Below are positions 1 through 8,118 of a stretch of 64,000 nucleotides of DNA, piece by piece. This DNA is from a phage. The stretch lies in the sequence record PZ402301.1; one strand, given 5' to 3'. The number at the start of each line of letters is the position of its first letter. Position 1 is the stretch's first letter. A program made the translations under genes and the position numbers. The notes under the pieces were generated by a model. The model saw only the letters and a program-made list of their open reading frames with translations. It did not search any database and was not told the DNA's origin.

Positions 1-357
1 TATTCTTTCCGCCCTAAAAACTTAAACTATTTTGTTGATATTATAGCATATGAAGGAAAATTACCTTCAACAATAAGCGAAAAATCACTTGGAGGATATC
101 CTGTTGATAAAACTATGGATGAATATGCAGTTCATTTAAATGGACGTCATTATTATTCCGACTCAAAATTTGCTTTTTTACCAACTAAAAAGCCTACTCC
201 CGAAATAAATTACATGTACAGTTGTCCATATTTCAATTTGGATAATATCTATGCTGGAACAATAACCATGTACTGGTATAGAAATGATCATATAAGTAAT
301 GACCGCCTTGAATCAATATGTTCTCAGGCGGCCAGAATATTAGGAAGGGCTAAATAA
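1..357 (+). CDS. t: holin T, C-terminal part (5' end lies outside the window)
   Basis: Frame 1 is open from base 1 to TAA at 355-357; it is the only credible plus-strand gene at this end and sits directly upstream of asiA as in the T-even map. Confidence 0.55.
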   Translation, partial: YSFRPKNLNYFVDIIAYEGKLPSTISEKSLGGYPVDKTMDEYAVHLNGRHYYSDSKFAFLPTKKPTPEINYMYSCPYFNLDNIYAGTITMYWYRNDHISNDRLESICSQAARILGRAK

Positions 358-630
358 TTATTTGTTTGTATACATCTCTAGATATCGATATACACCCTCA
401 AAACCCTCGTTGAATTCGTCGATGAGGGTTTTCTTATCTTCTTGGGTTAATTCAGAAACAATTTTACGGAATGAATTCTGATTTAACTTTCTACCTTCAT
501 GCGTTACTCCAATCTCATTCAGAAATGCAATAAAATTAGCACGATTCTCAACAATATCTTCTCTGGAAAATTTAATCAAAATAGACGCAACAGTAATAAT
601 TTCACGAACTGTATCAATGTTTTTATTCAT
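358..630 (-). CDS. asiA: anti-sigma70 factor AsiA
   Basis: 90 aa starting MNKNIDTVREIITVASILIKFSRED, which matches the recalled T4 AsiA sequence and length. Confidence 0.9.
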   Translation of the reverse strand: MNKNIDTVREIITVASILIKFSREDIVENRANFIAFLNEIGVTHEGRKLNQNSFRKIVSELTQEDKKTLIDEFNEGFEGVYRYLEMYTNK

Positions 631-791
631 TAACTATACCACTCAATTAGTTGACTTTATTATAATATCATCAGACACTTGATTTGTAAACTGGTCTGTG
701 TTATTTTCTTCAAAAATTTTTTCTACGAATTCCTTGAACGACTCGCGTTCCTGAGCTACATTATGCTCGATTACCTTTTCAAGATTATGAC

Positions 792-1070
792 TCATTCAAA
801 ATAATCTTCAATTTCGTAATCATGGACATAAATCATTATAGTTTTTAATACATCATCAATACTTTTTCCTGGAGCTGGAATTACGTAAAAATATCCTGCT
901 TTTGAGAGGTCTTTATAAGTTCCAACCAAGAAATCATTATTCTCGAGATGTAGTTCTTCAACTAATTCATTAACAATTGAGTGGTATAAATTTGGTAGAA
1001 GCTTATATAGCTTTTCTAGAATATCAATTTTGATTGTATATTGAACCACAGATTGAGAATCAATAATCAT
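792..1070 (-). CDS. acidic 92-aa protein, Arn-like by position
   Basis: 92 aa, rich in D/E, lying between asiA and motA where T4 carries arn; assignment is by position and length only. Confidence 0.4.
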   Translation of the reverse strand: MIIDSQSVVQYTIKIDILEKLYKLLPNLYHSIVNELVEELHLENNDFLVGTYKDLSKAGYFYVIPAPGKSIDDVLKTIMIYVHDYEIEDYFE

Positions 1071-1153
1071 AGACCTTCCCCTTATGTTTCTGTTTGCGAT
1101 TAGATTCTTTAAACGCTTTCTTCTTATCCTTATGGACAGAAGCTTTATTAAAA

Positions 1154-1372
1154 TTATGTTTTGCGACTAAATTGTTCATAGTGCTGAATTACCTCTCTTA
1201 AACATTTGCATGTGAATGAAAACTTTTTAGCTACACCACATTCAAATATATGTTCTCTTAAATCACGTGTGTCAGTATATCCCATCTCAACAATAAAATG
1301 CCGTATTAGATTTTTATCTTTATCGTTGAGGGAATTAAAATAATCGGATTTTGAATTAATTTCCCTGGCCAA
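1154..1372 (-). CDS. hypothetical protein (72 aa)
   Basis: Minus-strand ORF in a co-oriented, tightly packed block; contains a CxxC pair. Confidence 0.4.
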   Translation of the reverse strand: MAREINSKSDYFNSLNDKDKNLIRHFIVEMGYTDTRDLREHIFECGVAKKFSFTCKCLREVIQHYEQFSRKT

Positions 1373-1652
1373 ATTGAATCACCTTCAGTTGACGTTTTAG
1401 TTCTTTTATCATTTCTTCGTTCATCGCAATATAAAGATCGCGTAAAGCAGGTTTTAACATTCCATTTACTGGAGAACTAAATGGACATACATAATCTTTT
1501 CCTACAAGCTTTTTAGTTAATTCCATATCACAAAACTGAAATGCGGGTTCATTGGCATAAATTCCCCAATTAGTTGACATCATTTTATTGGCATATTCCA
1601 ATGCCTGGATTTGATTCATAATTCCATCAATTTGAAACTTTTTAATATTCAT
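1356..1652 (-). CDS. hypothetical protein (98 aa)
   Basis: Minus-strand ORF whose start abuts the stop of the upstream gene. Confidence 0.4.
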   Translation of the reverse strand: MNIKKFQIDGIMNQIQALEYANKMMSTNWGIYANEPAFQFCDMELTKKLVGKDYVCPFSSPVNGMLKPALRDLYIAMNEEMIKELKRQLKVIQFGQGN

Positions 1653-2113
1653 TAGTAAAGGTCCTCAGAGTAAAGTTCTTTTTCACTACCGCCGCGTTCG
1701 ATACGTACTTGTCCAGCGTAAGTTGCAATAATCATTGCTTCTTCACGGGTCCAATAATTACTATATTGGTCAATAAACCCTTGGTCATCATCACAAACTT
1801 GTTGAGTAACTAATTGAGGTTTAACTACATCTAAAACTTCTGCCATATCTTTAGAATAATGACGAGCGCCTGGAATAACAAGAGTTCGTCCATCTTTTAA
1901 TCTAAAACGGTTGGCTGCGCAAACAATCCGTCGTTGGTACTTTTGGTTTTCATCCCAATATGCAGACTGCCAACAGATTTCAGGAACTTCTTTTAGAATA
2001 TCTTCTTCTGTGCATTTATAACCATGTGCTTTAAATTTTTCAGCAAGACTTTCTGGAGTCTCACGAGATAAAGGAACATTCAGCATTTTTAAACGATTAA
2101 TAAATGGATTCAT
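1652..2113 (-). CDS. hypothetical protein (153 aa)
   Basis: Minus-strand ORF with stop/start overlap to both neighbours. Confidence 0.45.
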   Translation of the reverse strand: MNPFINRLKMLNVPLSRETPESLAEKFKAHGYKCTEEDILKEVPEICWQSAYWDENQKYQRRIVCAANRFRLKDGRTLVIPGARHYSKDMAEVLDVVKPQLVTQQVCDDDQGFIDQYSNYWTREEAMIIATYAGQVRIERGGSEKELYSEDLY

Positions 2114-2439
2114 TTAAACCATCCTTTAATACGTTGCCACAAAGTTTTCTGTTGAGCTTTGTTAACACCAATTGATCGAATAACTGGTTGAGATTCCTGG
2201 AATTCTTTATAATCAGCAAGGTAAATTTCGTAAGCTGAATCAGTAAAGGAACTTATCGCTGCCATGAAATTATTGCGAATACCTACTGGAGCATCTTTAC
2301 TTTCACGAATAATCATGTATTTGCCAGTCTTAATCTTTACGATGGTTCCAAGATAAGCTCCGTGGTACCAGATATCCCACCCCTCTTGAGTGGGTTCTGC
2401 ACAACGACGAAGTTCATTAACAATTTCTAACTTGTTCAT
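2110..2439 (-). CDS. hypothetical protein (109 aa)
   Basis: Minus-strand ORF overlapping the neighbouring stop (ATGA type). Confidence 0.45.
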   Translation of the reverse strand: MNKLEIVNELRRCAEPTQEGWDIWYHGAYLGTIVKIKTGKYMIIRESKDAPVGIRNNFMAAISSFTDSAYEIYLADYKEFQESQPVIRSIGVNKAQQKTLWQRIKGWFK

Positions 2440-2449
2440 TATTTATTCC

Positions 2450-3085
2450 TCACAGTTCAGATGCTACGGTGATTACTGCTTCAATGTTTTCTGCAGAGCG
2501 TTTAATGTCAAGATACACATTACCATTTTTAGCGATTTTGCATGACATTCCGATATCAGTAAATTTCTGAATATGATGTTCCATCATTTTGTATCCAAAA
2601 ATTCGCATATTTCCATTGTTGTTAATTTCAAAATTACGAATTCCGTGAGTGCGTTTTTCTAAAATAGCGAGATAGTTACTACGATAAGTTTCAACCTTTT
2701 TAAGAACAAATCCATTTTCATCTAAAAGTTTTAACATGAAGTCTTTATCTTCTTCCATATCGGAAGTAATCTCACGAGCTTTACGGGTTGCTCGTTTTTT
2801 CAGTAGTTCCGGAGCATTTTCCTGTGCGTATAAAGTTGCTGCATTTGAAATAATATCCTGAGCTTCACCAGTAATGATTAATCCATCACCAGATTTCTCC
2901 ACCAGGCCTTTTTTAATCAATACCCCAATATTACTATTAACTACTGCGTTACCTAAATCTGGATGCACCTCACGAACTTCTGCAGCTGTAATGAAATCTT
3001 TCTTAGCAATGGTAATTAAAATCGCAGCAGTTTTTTCATTCAGAACATCGTTAGAAGCTTTGATGATGTAAGTTACTTTAGACAT
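2450..3085 (-). CDS. motA: middle-transcription activator MotA
   Basis: 211 aa starting MSKVTYIIKASNDVLNEKTAAILITIAKKDF, matching recalled T4 MotA in length and N-terminus. Confidence 0.9.
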   Translation of the reverse strand: MSKVTYIIKASNDVLNEKTAAILITIAKKDFITAAEVREVHPDLGNAVVNSNIGVLIKKGLVEKSGDGLIITGEAQDIISNAATLYAQENAPELLKKRATRKAREITSDMEEDKDFMLKLLDENGFVLKKVETYRSNYLAILEKRTHGIRNFEINNNGNMRIFGYKMMEHHIQKFTDIGMSCKIAKNGNVYLDIKRSAENIEAVITVASEL

Positions 3086-3107
3086 TTTCTAATCTCCGTA
3101 ATTCTGT

Positions 3108-3177
3108 ATCAGTAGTTGATAGTTGTATAGTACCACAGTATGCTTTGGTTGTAAACCGTTTTGTGAAAAAAATTTTG
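3108..3177 (-). promoter_or_regulatory. T4-type early promoter upstream of motA
   Basis: Minus strand reads A/T-rich UP region, GTTTAC (-35), 18 nt, TGGTACTATACAACT (-10 block); the same ~65-bp block recurs at about 6973, 34711 and 61548. Confidence 0.6.
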
Positions 3178-3187
3178 AAATAAAAAA

Positions 3188-3207
3188 GGGAGAGCCTCGG
3201 CTCTCCC
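3188..3207 (-). terminator. GC-rich stem-loop followed by T-run (minus strand)
   Basis: gggagagcc-tcgg-ctctccc hairpin immediately downstream of the small ORF at 3214. Confidence 0.5.
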
Positions 3208-3213
3208 TAAAAT

Positions 3214-3363
3214 TTACTGCATGACTGTGATAACTGTCATGATAACACGTTGAATTCCGAACGCAAGAAGACCTCCTGCTACGGCTGGAACAACACCTAA
3301 ACCCGCCAGTAAAATGCTACCGGATACTAATGCAGCGCTTGTAATACCAATGAATGGACTCAT
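3214..3363 (-). CDS. small hydrophobic membrane peptide (49 aa)
   Basis: Hand-found ORF MSPFIGITSAALVSGSILLAGLGVVPAVAGG...; its ATG overlaps the gp52 stop; below the track length cutoff. Confidence 0.4.
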   Translation of the reverse strand: MSPFIGITSAALVSGSILLAGLGVVPAVAGGLLAFGIQRVIMTVITVMQ

Positions 3364-4688
3364 TTGATTTCCTCTAAATCTTTAGTGTATTCTGTAACTA
3401 CATCAGTAGTTTTCCAATATTCGTTTTCTTCTTTTTTAGCTTTAGCTTCTTCAGCAAGTTTCTTTGCTTCGTCGGAAGTCATATGAAAAATGTTCATTCC
3501 AACTAGTTTATCAACATAAGAAGAATACATATCAATTTTAGAAAGTTCTTCAGTCAGTTCTTTGCGAGTTTTACCTTGTACAACAATTTCACCTGAAATC
3601 ACTTTCTTAATGAAATGTGCCTTGGCAAAGGCTAAACGAAATGCTGATTCAGTTTCTTTGATTTTATTATCAATTCGTTTTTGGACATAAGTTTTACGAA
3701 CTTCAACGAAGTCTTTGATTAAATCAACTACGTTATCGTAAACTTGCAGCTTTCCTTTCTCATTAATGACGGTAATATTCTGAGAACGACGCTCAATCAA
3801 TCCAAAGTCTTTCATAATTTTTGCATGGCGTTCTTCTTCGTTATCGCTCAAAGAATATTCTTTACGGAATTTAACTTTGAAGCCAAAACCATGCTCACCA
3901 CAAGCATCATCCCATGTAATGAAGCCTTTATCTTCAAGCGGGTCTAAGATTTTACTCACGTAAGTTTCACGATCATACTTATACGGAATCTCAGTGATAT
4001 TCATTTGAGTTCGTGAAGTAAACTTGTACGTTCCACGAATTTCATATTGACCGTCAATTTCAACGACTTCACCACGAAATTCTGGGAATTCTACCTTCGG
4101 TTTAGTTACTTTCTTTCCTTGAAGAGCTTGTAGTACAGCTTTCTTGACAGAAGAAACACTATGAGGAAGAATGTAAGTTGCATAACCAGTTGCAATACCG
4201 GAAACGCCATTAAGAAGAACAGTAGGAATAATAGGCAAATAGAAAGCAGGCGGAATGTGTTCTTTATCTTGATGTACCGGAGCATATTCAGTATCTTTAT
4301 ATACGCTATAGAAATTTTTACTTACACGAGCAAAAATATAACGGCTTGCAGCTGCTTTTTGAACGGTACGAGAACCAAAGTTTCCTTGACCATCTAACAA
4401 AGGAAAGTTATTATTCCAAGTATTAGCCATCAAAGCCCCCGCGTCTTGCGCAGAGTTTTCACCATGATGATATCCAAGGTCAGCTACACCACCTGCAATA
4501 GAAGCGAGCTTGTGAAACTTATCTTTATTTCCTCGCGCCAAATCAAGAGCTCGAGCAATAACAAACCGTTGAACTGGCTTAAATCCATCAATCATATTTG
4601 GAATAGCACGATTTTCAACCGTGTACATAGCATAAGCCAATGCTTCATTATCAATGATACTTTTTAAATCGCGATTATTCAGTTGCAT
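3360..4688 (-). CDS. 52: DNA topoisomerase II medium subunit (GyrA-like)
   Basis: 442 aa with GyrA-type N-terminus (AIPNMIDGFKPVQRFV) and the T4 gp52 length. Confidence 0.9.
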   Translation of the reverse strand: MQLNNRDLKSIIDNEALAYAMYTVENRAIPNMIDGFKPVQRFVIARALDLARGNKDKFHKLASIAGGVADLGYHHGENSAQDAGALMANTWNNNFPLLDGQGNFGSRTVQKAAASRYIFARVSKNFYSVYKDTEYAPVHQDKEHIPPAFYLPIIPTVLLNGVSGIATGYATYILPHSVSSVKKAVLQALQGKKVTKPKVEFPEFRGEVVEIDGQYEIRGTYKFTSRTQMNITEIPYKYDRETYVSKILDPLEDKGFITWDDACGEHGFGFKVKFRKEYSLSDNEEERHAKIMKDFGLIERRSQNITVINEKGKLQVYDNVVDLIKDFVEVRKTYVQKRIDNKIKETESAFRLAFAKAHFIKKVISGEIVVQGKTRKELTEELSKIDMYSSYVDKLVGMNIFHMTSDEAKKLAEEAKAKKEENEYWKTTDVVTEYTKDLEEIK

Positions 4689-4692
4689 AAAT

Positions 4693-4833
4693 TTACCATA
4701 CTAGTGAATGTAGTGCCATAATAACATCAGAAATGAAAAGCACGACTTGAATTAATCCGAACATTACTCCATAATATAGTGCTACCAATAAAGTAGCAAG
4801 GGCTAATGAATAGCCCAAGATTTTCTTAATCAT
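4693..4833 (-). CDS. small membrane peptide (46 aa)
   Basis: Hand-found ORF MIKKILGYSLALATLLVALYYGVMFGLIQVV...; start overlaps the stop of the next peptide. Confidence 0.4.
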   Translation of the reverse strand: MIKKILGYSLALATLLVALYYGVMFGLIQVVLFISDVIMALHSLVW

Positions 4834-4984
4834 TGGTAGATAACAACACAAATGTTAAATATGCACACATACCCTGGGCTAAAGCTTGTGAAAACACACT
4901 ACTAGCATCGATACAGATAGTTAAAACACATGCTACTATCCAACAAATAAATGAAATAACTCCTAATAGTTTTGCAATATTCAT
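4826..4984 (-). CDS. small membrane peptide (52 aa), ac-like by position
   Basis: Hand-found ORF MNIAKLLGVISFICWIVACVLTICIDASS... preceded by AGGAAA; T4 has ac (51 aa) at this position. Confidence 0.4.
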   Translation of the reverse strand: MNIAKLLGVISFICWIVACVLTICIDASSVFSQALAQGMCAYLTFVLLSTND

Positions 4985-4991
4985 ATTTTCC

Positions 4992-5072
4992 TCACTGGCG
5001 TCCGAAGACGCCTTTAGTTTTAAGATTGTTACGATAGAACTGCATTACATGTTCGTTATGGAAATTACTCAT
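4992..5072 (-). CDS. stp: Stp peptide, 26 aa (anticodon-nuclease activator in T4)
   Basis: Hand-found [29 protein letters not shown]; 26 aa at the ndd-proximal position; its ATG overlaps the ndd stop (TAATG). Confidence 0.7.
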
Positions 5073-5527
5073 TAGTATGCCTGCAAAACAAATTTAAAGT
5101 TATCAGCCAACATACGATTCATTTCTTCAAGCGTTTGATACTCAGAATGATGATTACGAGTAAACGCTAAAGCTAACTGACCTTTTCCAAATCCCGTCGT
5201 CAGAGGTTTCATCTTAGAAGCAGGTAGATAAAATACCGTGTATGGAACATTGTTATTTGCAATAGTACGCGCAAGCTGAGATCGACGCTGGCGAATATGA
5301 CTTAGAACTGCACTGAATCCTTGCTTAGAACGCTGATTACCTACATAAAATCGCGCAGATACACACGGACTATCAAATGGACCACCAAATTTGCTTACTA
5401 AAAAGTAAAATCCAGGGTTAGACAAAATGTCTTTATGTGGAGTTCCAAAAACCCATTCACCGCCCTTGATTGTACCAATAACAGTTGCGCCTGCATTATT
5501 CAAATCAGTAACAGTCATATATTTCAT
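5072..5527 (-). CDS. ndd: nucleoid disruption protein Ndd-like
   Basis: 151 aa, the T4 Ndd length, directly upstream of stp; assigned by synteny. Confidence 0.5.
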
Positions 5528-5586
5528 GTTATTTTCCTCTAATTATTTTCTACTCCAAGGCCGCATGAATACACACGGCCGATAAA

Positions 5587-5802
5587 TTAATCGTCGCAGT
5601 CGACGCTCAATTCCCAGAACTCTTCTACGGTATAAGTTTCAGTATCATTTTCAATACAGAAACGTTCATTACTGTTATTTGCTAAAGTAGCGTTAACTGT
5701 CATTTTCTCGCTAGTGCTTTTAAGAGGTGAAATACGAATTAACTGATCACCATTATCTAAACAGAAAATTTCACCGACCTTTACATCTTTAAAAATTTTC
5801 AT
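5587..5802 (-). CDS. hypothetical protein (71 aa)
   Basis: Minus-strand ORF in the ndd-denB variable block. Confidence 0.4.
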   Translation of the reverse strand: MKIFKDVKVGEIFCLDNGDQLIRISPLKSTSEKMTVNATLANNSNERFCIENDTETYTVEEFWELSVDCDD

Positions 5803-5917
5803 AATTCACCTCAAGGAGTATAAAATCCAAACGCAGTTGTTGACCATCCCATCCAGTATGGGAAATTTGCACCAATGTAAAACATAAGAATATAAAACCA
5901 ACCACTCAGCAAATTCA

Positions 5918-6136
5918 TCATTTTACACCATTCCAAATTGTTTCAACCACAGATTTTAAGCCATTTTGATGAATGTCCATTCCGACAACTGCCATCAAAT
6001 AGATTCCAACTACAGCTGAACCTAAGGCGAAAATCAGCATGAAAATGAATAAAGCTGGAAAAATATTATCGAAAAACCATTCCATAAATGTAAAAGCACT
6101 ACGTTTACGCTTCATATTTTCCTCACATAAATCCAA
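5918..6136 (-). CDS. hypothetical membrane protein (72 aa)
   Basis: Minus-strand ORF with a hydrophobic core (IFPALFIFMLIFALGSAVVGIYLMAVVG). Confidence 0.4.
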   Translation of the reverse strand: MDLCEENMKRKRSAFTFMEWFFDNIFPALFIFMLIFALGSAVVGIYLMAVVGMDIHQNGLKSVVETIWNGVK

Positions 6137-6236
6137 AATAAGCGTTTAATACATCAATCATTAAAACGATTGGGAATATACTCAAAACTACTAGTATTAT
6201 AACTACATTCCATATAGCTTTAACAATCTTTTTCAT
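6123..6236 (-). CDS. tiny membrane peptide (37 aa)
   Basis: Internal ATG with GAGGAA SD just downstream of the promoter at 6243-6290; the 82-aa track ORF 6123..6371 runs through that promoter and is probably over-extended. Confidence 0.4.
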   Translation of the reverse strand: MKKIVKAIWNVVIILVVLSIFPIVLMIDVLNAYFGFM

Positions 6237-6242
6237 TTTCTG

Positions 6243-6290
6243 TTCCTCTGTAGTTGATAGGGTAATAATACCACAGAGGAACAGTCTTGT
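6243..6290 (-). promoter_or_regulatory. early promoter inside an inverted repeat
   Basis: Minus strand: GTTTAC, 18 nt, TATTAT; the spacer (ctgttcctctg) is complementary to the downstream SD region (cagaggaacag); near-identical copy at 60104-60150. Confidence 0.55.
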
Positions 6291-6479
6291 AAACAACTTT
6301 TTTAAAAATATTCGTAATAAATGTGAATGCCAATCACTACTGCCGAAACTTGCGCAACCCACCATGCACAAGCAATAAGTACAGAATTCAAAATTTTCAT
6401 AATAACCTCATCACAAAAGTAAATGTTAAACAAATTAATGGAATACTAATTAACCAAATAAAACACCACCACAATGAAC

Positions 6480-6752
6480 TCATAGTTCAATCTCAGCGAT
6501 TTTCATTTCATTATTATTAATAGCCGCTTTAAGACTATCTGAAAGAATTACATCCCAGTGGTCATTCATATGACCATTAACTAAACGTGTAATTTCTTCG
6601 GGAGTTGAAAAATAAGGCGTATCAGACTCCCAATGCGATAGTCCCAAGCGAGTATAAATCATACCTTCATCATCGCTAGAATATTCAACTGACACAAACT
6701 CATCAGTTATTTTATGTTTAGCGTAATAAAATTTAAATTTCATTTTACTCAA
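6480..6752 (-). CDS. hypothetical protein (90 aa)
   Basis: Minus-strand ORF overlapping the upstream stop. Confidence 0.45.
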   Translation of the reverse strand: MSKMKFKFYYAKHKITDEFVSVEYSSDDEGMIYTRLGLSHWESDTPYFSTPEEITRLVNGHMNDHWDVILSDSLKAAINNNEMKIAEIEL

Positions 6753-6955
6753 TAATCCGCTAAAAGATCGACGATTGCATCACGAAGACACTTATTCGCA
6801 ATACGTTTAAGAGCAATTTCAGTTTCTGGAGCATTTTGAATAATCATTGAATTCAATTCAGCCTCAGCAAACTGAAGTTCTTTGACTAATTCAGCTTTAT
6901 ATTTTCCTTGCCCTTTCTTAGCTTTTGCTCGTTTTAATTCAGCTGTAGTAAACAT
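6749..6955 (-). CDS. hypothetical protein (about 68 aa)
   Basis: Start placed at the internal ATG (MFTTAELKRAKAKK...) preceded by GGAGAA; the track ORF 6749..7054 extends through the promoter. Confidence 0.4.
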   Translation of the reverse strand: MFTTAELKRAKAKKGQGKYKAELVKELQFAEAELNSMIIQNAPETEIALKRIANKCLRDAIVDLLADY

Positions 6956-6972
6956 TTTATTCTCCAAATCTA

Positions 6973-7040
6973 TATCAGTTGATAGTTGTATAGTACCACA
7001 GTCCTTGTGGTATGTAAACCGTTTTGTGAAATTTTTTAAA
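6973..7040 (-). promoter_or_regulatory. T4-type early promoter
   Basis: Copy of the conserved block (UP region, GTTTAC, TGGTACTATACAACT, then GGAGAATAAAATG). Confidence 0.55.
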
Positions 7041-7593
7041 TGGAAAGATACCATCCGTTGTAGTTGCTTTTTCTTACAACTTTACGAAGGTCTTCTCTAT
7101 CACCGATGAACTTCGGAGTGTACTGGATGACACCTGGATGAATTTCTTTAGTGTTGAATATAATTATACAGTCAGCGACTTGATGATTTAGAATGGGCCC
7201 TAGATTTATTCCAGAACCGTATGGATACTCTCCGCTGCATCCGGTTGTTACCGAAATCCAACGTGAGTCAGTTTGATGTGTTTTGACTTCTACACGAAGC
7301 CCGCAGTATCTTGGGTGCGCCAGTACATCCCACGCATATGTATACGGGTCATTAACATCCTCTTGGCCTTTGTTAACATACCCGCTTAGCCAATCTGCTA
7401 CAAAAAACTCTGCATACACAGCGATACGACATCTTTCAATGACTTCTGCTTTATCCTGGTTCGGGTTTTGTTTTAAAGAGTATCTTGCTGTATCAGCAAT
7501 TTTGACCTTCATTTCACTAGTCAAATCATTGTTCGATAGGGTAAATGTCGGAATCTGAAATAGTCTCTGTAAACCTGGATTCGTTTTCTGCAT
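7036..7593 (-). CDS. endonuclease IV DenB-like
   Basis: 185 aa, the T4 DenB length, in the rIIB-proximal block; assigned by position only. Confidence 0.4.
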   Translation of the reverse strand: MQKTNPGLQRLFQIPTFTLSNNDLTSEMKVKIADTARYSLKQNPNQDKAEVIERCRIAVYAEFFVADWLSGYVNKGQEDVNDPYTYAWDVLAHPRYCGLRVEVKTHQTDSRWISVTTGCSGEYPYGSGINLGPILNHQVADCIIIFNTKEIHPGVIQYTPKFIGDREDLRKVVRKSNYNGWYLSI

Positions 7594-7855
7594 TTAGACT
7601 TTCCTTTTTACCACTAAGATAAGCGTTATGTACTTTAAGAGTGCCGTAATAAATTCGATCATTTTCATGTAAAGACTCACTGTCAAGTTCATCGAGTTTC
7701 TTTTTATCCATGACTATAACATCATTACAATAAAGAAACCCAAGTTTTTCGTGACCAAACTCGAATTTATTGCAGTACACAATATTAGCGTGATGATTTC
7801 CGTGCAGTTTAATCTCTTTTATGTCGGAATCACCGATATTCATACAATAAATCAT
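7526..7855 (-). CDS. hypothetical protein (109 aa)
   Basis: Minus-strand ORF; its 3' end overlaps the next ORF by 68 nt, so one of the two starts may be wrong. Confidence 0.4.
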   Translation of the reverse strand: MIYCMNIGDSDIKEIKLHGNHHANIVYCNKFEFGHEKLGFLYCNDVIVMDKKKLDELDSESLHENDRIYYGTLKVHNAYLSGKKESLNAENESRFTETISDSDIYPIEQ

Positions 7856-7873
7856 AATTTTTCCTTAAAACAA

Positions 7874-7890
7874 AAGGGCCGAAGCCCCTT
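7874..7890 (-). terminator. GGGC-UUCG-GCCC tetraloop hairpin (minus-strand RNA)
   Basis: Plus-strand gggccgaagccc followed by a T-run, directly downstream of the ORF ending at 7894. Confidence 0.5.
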
Positions 7891-7893
7891 ATT

Positions 7894-8088
7894 TTATTTA
7901 AATTGTGCAATTCTTTTCTCTAAACAATCCGCGTAAGATTTCATTGAGATGAACTGCGAAAGCAACAGTTCTTGCTCAACTGCATTAACCGTTGAAAACT
8001 TTTCACTTTCTAAAAATTTGCTCAGTGCATTAATTTTGAGCATTAATTGATCGTATTCTTCTTTTACTCGTGCTTGATAACCTAACAT
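7894..8088 (-). CDS. hypothetical protein (64 aa)
   Basis: Minus-strand ORF bracketed by two UUCG hairpins. Confidence 0.45.
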   Translation of the reverse strand: MLGYQARVKEEYDQLMLKINALSKFLESEKFSTVNAVEQELLLSQFISMKSYADCLEKRIAQFK

Positions 8089-8102
8089 AATTTTCCTTAG
8101 TT

Positions 8103-8118
8103 AAGGGCCGAAGCCCTT
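8103..8118 (-). terminator. UUCG tetraloop hairpin downstream of rIIB
   Basis: Plus-strand gggccgaagccc followed by a T-run, just past the rIIB stop. Confidence 0.5.

Noticed and set aside
2874-3071. Plus-strand ORFs lying inside strongly supported minus-strand genes (for example 2874..3071, 3744..3947, 4161..4397, 12035..12244, 13269..13829, 15338..15802, 16062..16460, 35648..35992, 36137..36466, 39827..40243, 61893..62294).
   Set aside because: They are antisense to genes with clear motifs and conserved lengths, many start at TTG or GTG, and they lack SD sequences.
6123-6371. Long N-terminal extensions in the ORF track (6123..6371, 6749..7054, 16352..16891, 34312..34881, 60561..61541, 14866..15147).
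   Set aside because: The extensions run through the -10/-35 elements of early promoters and start at TTG or GTG; an internal ATG with a GGAG-type SD lies just downstream of each promoter.
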